DNA from: a virus
Length of the DNA: 64,000 nucleotides
IMG/VR virus record: IMGVR_UViG_3300025570_000007
Strand: one strand, 5' to 3'
Shown: in pieces, positions 57,989 to 64,000 of the stretch
Numbering within the stretch: position 1 is the stretch's first letter
Layout: each line of letters opens with the position of its first letter
Position numbers and translations under genes: made by a program
Notes under the pieces: generated by a model
The model's database searches: none
Told to the model about the DNA's origin: nothing
Seen by the model: the letters and a program-made list of their open reading frames with translations, nothing else

Positions 57989-58209
57989 AACTTTTTTCTT
58001 TTATTAACCCTAAGTATACGTCTGCGGTGTATGTACTGGAGGGTATCGTTTATTTCTTTCAACTTCGCAGTAAGTTTCACTAAAGTCCCTTCACTGCTGG
58101 TAGTAAGGGAATTACTACAGTAACTACATGTATACTCTTTAACATGGTAAGTAACGTGCCGCGTCACTCTAAAATCATGGCCAAACACCATGCAATGAAT
58201 GTTTTTCAT
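57970..58209 (-). CDS. Zn-ribbon-like protein (C..FGH...CxxC) resembling a Flavobacteriaceae chromosomal family
   Basis: CMVFGHDF.VT.HVTYHVKEYTC..C...LTT...G.L..LT.KLKEIN. Confidence 0.65.
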   Translation of the reverse strand: MKNIHCMVFGHDFRVTRHVTYHVKEYTCSYCSNSLTTSSEGTLVKLTAKLKEINDTLQYIHRRRILRVNKRKKLCLNLS

Positions 58210-58221
58210 CTTACTACTGCC

Positions 58222-58252
58222 TAAATATACGATACTAATTTAATACTAACAA
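58222..58252 (-). promoter_or_regulatory. Bacteroidota-type sigma promoter
   Basis: TTG-N20-TATATTTA. Confidence 0.7.
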
Positions 58253-58666
58253 CTTTTCTCCGTAAAGAAGTTTAGTAAACTTTAAGACTAGTCCACATTT
58301 TTCATACTCTTCTATATTCTCATAATACAAGCGAAGAATGTCTAAAGCATCGTGACATTCCGAGATATCGTATGTCTCTCCTACTTTATACTTAACTTCG
58401 ATAGAATCTATATCTATCCTACTTAAGTAGCTATAGAGACGGTTAAAGTATGTATACATTATTTTATGTCTAACCTCTTTGTACTTCTCCGGATATCGCT
58501 GCTTGTACATAGCATCCAGTATAGTGAAGTTATTTACTCCTGTAGTCACCATCCCCATTAGTACGAATGGATTTGAAAGAACCTCTGATACTCCGTGCTC
58601 TTGGTAGACTTCTTCATCCCCTTTCTCGAAGATAGAGAATAAGTCGTTAGGGTTTATTTTTTCCAT
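58235..58666 (-). CDS. Hypothetical protein with C-terminal UVR-like motif
   Basis: YYENIEEYEKC; preceded by a late box. Confidence 0.65.
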   Translation of the reverse strand: MEKINPNDLFSIFEKGDEEVYQEHGVSEVLSNPFVLMGMVTTGVNNFTILDAMYKQRYPEKYKEVRHKIMYTYFNRLYSYLSRIDIDSIEVKYKVGETYDISECHDALDILRLYYENIEEYEKCGLVLKFTKLLYGEKLLVLN

Positions 58667-58670
58667 TTTT

Positions 58671-58701
58671 TTGCTATACTGATAAATAGTTCATATATTA
58701 C
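58671..58701 (+). promoter_or_regulatory. Bacteroidota-type sigma promoter (+) enclosing a divergent late box (58682..58688, -)
   Basis: TTG-N20-TATATTAC upstream of ATG 58723. Confidence 0.6.
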
Positions 58702-58722
58702 TGTAAACATAAAGAATATAGT

Positions 58723-59061
58723 ATGCATGATAAACTTGAAGAAATTATAACACTTTTAAACTCGTTAAAGATTAGTCAAAAATCTACAGACTGGATTGAA
58801 GATCTTCCTTCTGAGATATACGATAAGTATTTTGACGATATTGTAGATATAAGAGATTCAGGATTAAATATAGATAAACACCGTTGGTATGAATACGCTA
58901 CTTGCGTTTTTGAATTACCAGAACAGGTATCTGACAAGTATATAGGAGTGAGACATATTAATGATTTATTCTCTGAGAGTATGACTTGCGATGATGTAGA
59001 ACATACCTTAGTGTTTTTCGAAATGGTACCGGTTCGCACAACTACGTATGTACAAAGATAA
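58723..59061 (+). CDS. Hypothetical protein
   Basis: DKHRWYE motif; first gene of the + strand island. Confidence 0.7.
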   Translation: MHDKLEEIITLLNSLKISQKSTDWIEDLPSEIYDKYFDDIVDIRDSGLNIDKHRWYEYATCVFELPEQVSDKYIGVRHINDLFSESMTCDDVEHTLVFFEMVPVRTTTYVQR

Positions 59062-59064
59062 CAT

Positions 59065-59169
59065 ATGATGGTGAATTTAGCAGTACCTATAGCATACTTA
59101 CTTGTAGCTGTATTAATGGTAATCTTCTTTATAGACGATGAAAGAGATAATCACGATAAGAAAAAATAA
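59065..59169 (+). CDS. Small membrane peptide (34 aa)
   Basis: MMVNLAVPIAYLLVAVLMVIFFIDDERDNHDKKK. Confidence 0.5.
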   Translation: MMVNLAVPIAYLLVAVLMVIFFIDDERDNHDKKK

Positions 59170-59171
59170 TA

Positions 59172-59411
59172 ATGGGACCAATAAAATTTAAAGAATGTAA
59201 TGTGGAGTTTGCAAAAGACCAACCACCCTATAGTTCTATGCATGCATTTAAAGATGTTGACGGGGTAGTTACTAGTTGCTGGAAATTGTCATGGAAAGAG
59301 CGTTTACACGTACTATTCCACGGTAATATCTGGAAGTAAGAAATGACATTTAATAAGCCTTTAACTCCCTCATACATGTCTCCTTACCGGGATGAGATAT
59401 TTGAAAAGTGA
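59172..59411 (+). pseudogene. Phage hypothetical gene interrupted by an in-frame TAA at 59337
   Basis: MGPIKFKECNVEFAKDQPPY...SCWKLSWKERLHVLFHGNIWK*EMTFNKPLTPSYMSPYRDEIFEK; final TGA overlaps the next ATG. Confidence 0.65.
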
Positions 59412-59698
59412 TGACAGATAACATAAAACCGCTTATAGAGATAGATCCAGGCTGTGAATGTGACGATAAATGTCTATGTTATGATGGAGGATCAGAGCAA
59501 ATACTACAGGTCTATGACATCCCATTAAACCTCCTCCCTAAAGAAGATGCTCCAACGATAAGCTTTCATGATAATGTTAATAAAGAAGTTGGACGATTTA
59601 ATATAGTAGACGGAGTACTAACCTTTTCCGGATCAGTAGATGCATCAGCACAAATATTCATAGACGAAGTTCTTAGCCAATGGCAAAATCAACACTAA
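59411..59698 (+). CDS. Hypothetical protein
   Basis: ORF track; C-terminal LTFSGSVDASAQIF motif. Confidence 0.6.
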   Translation: MTDNIKPLIEIDPGCECDDKCLCYDGGSEQILQVYDIPLNLLPKEDAPTISFHDNVNKEVGRFNIVDGVLTFSGSVDASAQIFIDEVLSQWQNQH

Positions 59699-59853
59699 TA
59701 GACACAAAGAAAGCAACTCATTTAGAATTACTAGAAGAGTATGAGAGGGTTATGGACATGTGGGGTAAGTACTCATGTGACTCCTTTGGATTCTACCTCG
59801 GTGCCATTCACGATGCAATTGTTGATAAAGGAGGCTGGCCTGGGAAAGAATAG
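59680..59853 (+). CDS. Hypothetical protein (57 aa)
   Basis: Manual translation MAKSTLIDTKKATHLELLEEYERVMDMWGKYSCDSFGFYLGAIHDAIVDKGGWPGKE. Confidence 0.55.
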   Translation: MAKSTLIDTKKATHLELLEEYERVMDMWGKYSCDSFGFYLGAIHDAIVDKGGWPGKE

Positions 59854-59856
59854 GTG

Positions 59857-60039
59857 TTAGAGACTGTTAAAGAGATCGGACCAGTACTTATGTCCTTGAG
59901 GAGATTCACACCAGAGAAAAACACCGCTTAGTGTCGAAGACAGTCCATAAGAATTAAAATCTAAATCTTCAGTAGCATTACCTATAGCCTCAGTTCTATA
60001 AGGTTCTTCAAGTTGCTCTAAGTGTTGTCGATGTGTCAT
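59857..60039 (-). CDS. Hypothetical protein
   Basis: L.EPYR.EA...F.W.ESPQGHKYW motif; likely start MTHRQ. Confidence 0.6.
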   Translation of the reverse strand: MTHRQHLEQLEEPYRTEAIGNATEDLDFNSYGLSSTLSGVFLWCESPQGHKYWSDLFNSL

Positions 60040-60111
60040 AGTAAAATTAGTTTTAGGTGTAGTGTAAGATAACAAGGGCACGCCGCGAGTTATTTGAATA
60101 AATTATAATTA

Positions 60112-60258
60112 TTAGTAAGTAGGGTATGCTGTTCTCATTGCTTCTTCAATAGCAGCTATAGTAGCTTCGTACCTAAGGCTTTCCATCTGTTTATTCGACA
60201 CATATCCATGAGGAATGCATTGAGATAAATGTTTCTTATAGAGTTTCTTTGCGTCCAT
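60112..60258 (-). CDS. Hypothetical protein (48 aa)
   Basis: Manual translation MDAKKLYKKHLSQ...TAYPTY; downstream of the promoter at 60312. Confidence 0.5.
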   Translation of the reverse strand: MDAKKLYKKHLSQCIPHGYVSNKQMESLRYEATIAAIEEAMRTAYPTY

Positions 60259-60311
60259 ATGTAGTATTATGTTTTTATATATTTAACAACGTCTTCACTA
60301 ACTGTCTGTCC

Positions 60312-60342
60312 TAAAGATAAGGAAAATTCTCCACATTCACAA
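60312..60342 (-). promoter_or_regulatory. Bacteroidota-type sigma promoter
   Basis: TTG-N20-TATCTTTA. Confidence 0.65.
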
Positions 60343-60409
60343 AACATATCATGAGTAACATTCTTAAAACATCCCTTACAGTGCCTATTCTCTTTGTCCA
60401 TAACATTTT

Positions 60410-60694
60410 TTACAAGGGGGAAAAGGTTCTCGCGCATATTCCACGATAAGTATAGTCTTCCCTAACCCGGTTAATCCTCTTTTGAACTAAATCAGTGACT
60501 AGTACACGATCAGCCTTTTGATCACGCCCGTCATTGTAACCTTTTCTGTAGAGTTCCTTCAACCCTTCCTCGGTAAGACTTTGGGAAAGGGCCCAATTAA
60601 CCCCGGCCAGGAAATGCTCTTGTGCTACATCCTGGGTAAGGTGTATGTGTTTGCTATATGTTCTAGCAGCCTTTATTACATCTTTATCTTTCAT
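60410..60694 (-). CDS. Hypothetical protein
   Basis: AARTY...FLAGVNWA motif typical of Bacteroidota phage small proteins. Confidence 0.6.
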   Translation of the reverse strand: MKDKDVIKAARTYSKHIHLTQDVAQEHFLAGVNWALSQSLTEEGLKELYRKGYNDGRDQKADRVLVTDLVQKRINRVREDYTYRGICARTFSPL

Positions 60695-60943
60695 TCTGGA
60701 TACTATTGGTTAATATTGTTTTTTATTGGCAAAGTCTTTGAGGATTTTGATTATCACTCGAATATAGGCTATCCCGCTTTTAAAGCCTGTAATGCTCTAC
60801 TTAGTGTCATTTAGTTTGTTTTGAATAAAATCTAATGTTCTTTCCATTCCGTCAACAAATCCATCACACTCTTCTTGGGTATGTTCTTGTTTTATGTACT
60901 TTACCAATAACTCTACTTGTTGTAATTTACTTACTTTCATAAT

Positions 60944-61141
60944 CTACTTTCTTAAATATTCCTGTATCCACTCCATACCCTTCTTATAAGCCTCTTCTGA
61001 TGTTTCAAAAGGAGCTAATACATGCTCTGTAATCCAAGATGCTTTACCTTTTCTTATTATACCTACTATCCAATAATCTTGGTAGCTTGCCATTATAGTT
61101 ACGTTTAACCACCAACCGTCTGGAATATCATTTGTATTCAT
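60944..61141 (-). CDS. Hypothetical protein
   Basis: ORF track. Confidence 0.6.
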   Translation of the reverse strand: MNTNDIPDGWWLNVTIMASYQDYWIVGIIRKGKASWITEHVLAPFETSEEAYKKGMEWIQEYLRK

Positions 61142-61374
61142 AATTTCTCTATTTCCTGTTTAACGTCTTCCCATTCTTTAATCCAAAGATTCATATTAAA
61201 CTTATGTTCTATTTCTTTTTTTACTTGATAGTTTCTCTATTTTTTTTTTGAAAGTCTCGTATTTCAATCCACATTTCGTGAGCATCGGTTTCGTTAAATT
61301 GAAACCCTAAATTTATAGCTGTTTGCCATATTAATTTTATTTCTGCTTTCGTTTCGTTTTTGATACTCATTTTT

Positions 61375-61596
61375 TTAATTATTAAAAAAGTTCATATGTA
61401 AAATTTTATTTAGATTATCGGTGTTAGATAATTCTGTTCTAACGCTATTCAAAGTGTTTAAAACATCTGCGTTATCCATATCTAAAATACTTACGATTCC
61501 AACGTGTAAAGCTCCATTTTCTAATTTAGTCATATTTAAACCTCTAGAGTTTAATCCTTTATTTGCTTTGTTTATTTGTGTTTTTGTAGCTTTCAT
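61375..61596 (-). CDS. Hypothetical protein in an inserted cassette
   Basis: ORF track; downstream of the promoter at 61631. Confidence 0.6.
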   Translation of the reverse strand: MKATKTQINKANKGLNSRGLNMTKLENGALHVGIVSILDMDNADVLNTLNSVRTELSNTDNLNKILHMNFFNN

Positions 61597-61630
61597 AATT
61601 TAAAATTTAAGTAGCTGTATTGCTATGGTG

Positions 61631-61659
61631 TAAAGATAAACCTTTTTTTGGATATACAA
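61631..61659 (-). promoter_or_regulatory. Bacteroidota-type promoter with atypical 18-nt spacer
   Basis: TTG-N18-TATCTTTA. Confidence 0.5.
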
Positions 61660-61688
61660 TACTTTTTTATCTCTTTTGCTGTCATAAC

Positions 61689-61850
61689 TTAACTTATATA
61701 ATGTATAATATTAATTGCCTGAGCTATTAAAGATATTATTAGTAACGAAGTACCTTTCGTATGATCTTTATCGTTTATATTCTCATAGATCCATACTGGA
61801 ATATATGCTAATATCGCTACTAATGCTATTGATGAAAAAAATATGGTCAT
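61689..61850 (-). CDS. Small membrane protein
   Basis: Likely start MTIFFSSIALV; two hydrophobic segments. Confidence 0.55.
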   Translation of the reverse strand: MTIFFSSIALVAILAYIPVWIYENINDKDHTKGTSLLIISLIAQAINIIHYIS

Positions 61851-61915
61851 ACCTAATGAATTTTTTTGGAATTTTTTTTCTCGATTTTCGTGTTTTATAA
61901 CCTTTTTTACAATTC

Positions 61916-61946
61916 TAAATATACGAATAACTACCTTATTAACCAA
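61916..61946 (-). promoter_or_regulatory. Bacteroidota-type sigma promoter
   Basis: TTG-N20-TATATTTA. Confidence 0.65.
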
Positions 61947-62137
61947 ATACCTCAGTAAATAAAAAGGTATATATGTATATACCACCTATATGGTGAAAAA
62001 TCGACAGCATTATGACCACTAGTATGGGCTCTCCCGCCTGTGCTCTCACCCCGTTAGGGAACAATACCGGCAGTGTTATATCAGTATGATCTAACCTTGA
62101 TAGCAACCTGATCTATCTCCTTCCGGAACAAGGAAGG

Positions 62138-62449
62138 CTATTCGCCCTCCACTAGTTCCATGTCTGTGTATCTCATCTTGTAGCTTGTCTGTTGGCTCAT
62201 CATATCATATGAGTACATATGCAAGTACGTCTTCTTACTACTACTCAGTCTAACATTCATACCATCGTAGATTAATTCATCAGCCTTCTCTATTGATAGA
62301 CTAGCTCCATAGTCTTCATCATAACTATAACATCTGATAATATAGTCTAGATCTTTGTACTTAATTCTTAACTCAGTATCCTCCTCGATTAGATTTGCTA
62401 TTGCCTCTCTAATGTTTAATGTTGCTTTTAATTGTGCTGTGTAAGTCAT
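62138..62449 (-). CDS. Early hypothetical protein
   Basis: ORF track; promoter cassette upstream. Confidence 0.7.
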   Translation of the reverse strand: MTYTAQLKATLNIREAIANLIEEDTELRIKYKDLDYIIRCYSYDEDYGASLSIEKADELIYDGMNVRLSSSKKTYLHMYSYDMMSQQTSYKMRYTDMELVEGE

Positions 62450-62473
62450 AACTCTTATTGTTTTAATTATACC

Positions 62474-62504
62474 TAAATATAAGAAATATATAACAGTGAG
62501 GCAA
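62474..62504 (-). promoter_or_regulatory. Early promoter cassette
   Basis: TTG-N20-TATATTTAGGTATA plus conserved leader. Confidence 0.75.
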
Positions 62505-62522
62505 CTTTAATTGCCGTGAAGT

Positions 62523-62732
62523 TTAGTCAGTTGTTAGAGAGAATACTCTGTAGTTATCTAATGTTTCCTGAATACTATCTCTTCTTAGTTGACTCTTTGA
62601 GAACTCTAACCCATCCTCTTTCAACACCTCCCTGGTAGCATCATATAGTAATTTACTTTGTACTAACATCTCTACAGTCATTGACTTATATTGCTCATGC
62701 GTTAACTTCTCTATAAATGATTCTAATGTCAT
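62523..62732 (-). CDS. Early hypothetical protein
   Basis: ORF track. Confidence 0.6.
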   Translation of the reverse strand: MTLESFIEKLTHEQYKSMTVEMLVQSKLLYDATREVLKEDGLEFSKSQLRRDSIQETLDNYRVFSLTTD

Positions 62733-62745
62733 AATGTTTGGTATT

Positions 62746-62772
62746 AAAAGAAGGAGGGTTTTTACACCCTCC
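62746..62772 (-). terminator. Intrinsic terminator
   Basis: GGAGGGT/ACCCTCC stem plus TTCTTTT. Confidence 0.75.
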
Positions 62773-62780
62773 GTTCCTAG

Positions 62781-63296
62781 TTAAAATTCTAATGCTAACT
62801 GTATTCCTAATCCTGTTCTTATCAACTCATATGCTGATTGTACCTTTCTTGTTGGTAAGAATGTCATACCTTTCCAATCGATTAACTCTCCATCTTGAAT
62901 TGTTAAAGCATGTTTAGCTACTAACACTATAAATGTCCCTTCTGGATTAGCTTGAACGAATGACTTAAGAGTCTTTTGTCTCCATACTTCCTCTCCATGA
63001 AGTTTGTATAGATTTCTAGTCTGCTTTCTAGTACAGATCTTTACGTCAAATGTTCTCCCATCTAACTCTATTCCGTCCTTAGAAGCTTTCTCCATTCTAC
63101 CTACAATCTGTTCGTTCTTTGTTCCTCTTCTGTCAACTCTCTTAAACTCTTCTTTACAGAATTTATGAGCTGAATTGTAAGCAATACCACTAGCAGCAGC
63201 TAAGCTTCTTACTACACAATCATTCTTTTCACCTCTCGCTAAAGCTGATCCTGATTCGATTAACTCGTTGTAACTGTTTTCAATTTGTAAATACAT
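62781..63296 (-). CDS. Early protein with DCVVR...H...D motif (putative papain-like fold)
   Basis: NDCVVRSLA, KHALTIQDG..ID. Confidence 0.6.
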   Translation of the reverse strand: MYLQIENSYNELIESGSALARGEKNDCVVRSLAAASGIAYNSAHKFCKEEFKRVDRRGTKNEQIVGRMEKASKDGIELDGRTFDVKICTRKQTRNLYKLHGEEVWRQKTLKSFVQANPEGTFIVLVAKHALTIQDGELIDWKGMTFLPTRKVQSAYELIRTGLGIQLALEF

Positions 63297-63320
63297 AACC
63301 TCTGTTTTAATTATTATACC

Positions 63321-63351
63321 TAAATATAAGAAATATCTACGTTACTAGCAA
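63321..63351 (-). promoter_or_regulatory. Early promoter cassette
   Basis: TTG-N20-TATATTTAGGTATA. Confidence 0.75.
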
Positions 63352-63504
63352 CTAATTCCGGAATCATTTTGCATGACCTATTTGACTTTCTCTTAATATG
63401 TTACCTAAGTTTACATTGAAGATATATTCTGCTAATACCTTTGATCTTATCTCATTCATTCGCTCGTTGTATCCTTCTGGTGGCATAGTATTGTTTTTTA
63501 ATTG

Positions 63505-63711
63505 TTATTTAGTTAATTTAATTGTTTTTCTATCAACTGACCATAATGGAGTTCTACCTAAAGTTACTTGAAACTCTCCATGGATAGGATTCACTCCTGC
63601 GAAGGTTAAAATACCTACGTACCTCTCTCCTTTAACCTTAACCTCTACCTTCTTTCCAATCCAGCGTTTGAATTGTGGTACTGTCTGCTTTAATAGTAAA
63701 TCTTTAAACAT
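63505..63711 (-). CDS. Early hypothetical protein (SH3/Sm-like barrel possible)
   Basis: WIGKKVEVKVKGERYVGIL. Confidence 0.6.
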   Translation of the reverse strand: MFKDLLLKQTVPQFKRWIGKKVEVKVKGERYVGILTFAGVNPIHGEFQVTLGRTPLWSVDRKTIKLTK

Positions 63712-63732
63712 AACCTCTGTTTTAAATATACC

Positions 63733-63763
63733 TAAATATATGAATAATCTAGTTAGGATCCAA
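63733..63763 (-). promoter_or_regulatory. Early promoter cassette
   Basis: TTG-N20-TATATTTAGGTATA. Confidence 0.75.
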
Positions 63764-64000
63764 CTTTTAAATGAGTATATAATGATCCGTAGTACCCTCC
63801 TCCTCCTTTATTAGAGCTCCAGGTATCTGCATGAACTCCTGTAGCACCGGTAATAATTTCATCTCCTTTTTGGTACCTGTACTGTCTTACAAACCCTACT
63901 CCTTCCTTATCGATAGGAACAAACCCTGCTCGAGTTAAGGCATTGTAATGCCACTGATCTTCTACCTTGTGTACTTTCTTATCTGCTTTGTTAAAATCTA
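63753..64000 (-). CDS. Hypothetical protein, partial (5' end outside the window)
   Basis: Manual translation ...DFNKADKKVHKVEDQWHY...HLKVGS*. Confidence 0.55.
   Translation of the reverse strand, partial: DFNKADKKVHKVEDQWHYNALTRAGFVPIDKEGVGFVRQYRYQKGDEIITGATGVHADTWSSNKGGGGYYGSLYTHLKVGS

Noticed and set aside
1283-58688. TATAAATA read as canonical T4 late promoters on the + strand
   Set aside because: They would point away from or antisense to every adjacent gene; their position just upstream of - strand starts fits the reverse orientation.
1-64000. Alternative genetic code or stop-codon reassignment
   Set aside because: Core genes are full length in code 11 and end in TAA, TAG or TGA; the two in-frame TAA cases are isolated.
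1-64000. tRNA or rRNA genes
   Set aside because: No T-loop/cloverleaf signature was recognised by eye in the intergenic gaps; tRNAscan-SE would be needed to exclude them fully.

Overview
This window is a 64-kb segment of a large, AT-rich, T4-like myovirus. Nearly all genes are on the - strand and use the standard genetic code. The host is most likely a Bacteroidota/Flavobacteriaceae member: promoters follow TTG-N20-TAnnTTTA, leaders are A-rich with no Shine-Dalgarno, and one gene looks host-derived. From left to right it holds tail fibres; gp15/gp14/gp13-like neck genes; LamG and fibre genes; phoH; the head module (gp23, gp22, gp21, gp20, gp17) interleaved with acidic modular proteins; a coupled nucleotide-enzyme operon (two Pol-beta-type nucleotidyltransferases, a HIGH-type nucleotidyltransferase, two HExxH proteins, a HAD phosphatase); exonuclease, primase and GIY-YIG nuclease; GT9 glycosyltransferase and sulfotransferase; fibres with a chaperone; baseplate genes; a gp55-like sigma factor; an HD hydrolase; and a variable region of small early genes. 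Sheath, tube and polymerase genes were not seen. The main findings are: (1) about 15 unrelated proteins carry an N-terminal MKL..(I/L)xE or FD..FL.E tag and internal (I/L/V)xE sites, suggesting a protease-processed cargo/polyprotein system packaged in the capsid, including a GNAT domain; (2) the tandem-NTase operon; (3) a late promoter TATTTAT, the reverse complement of the T4 box; (4) structured 5' leaders, one a three-way-junction candidate RNA; (5) promoter-bearing cassettes that appear to have replaced or interrupted genes. All family assignments come from motif recognition by eye; no searches were run.
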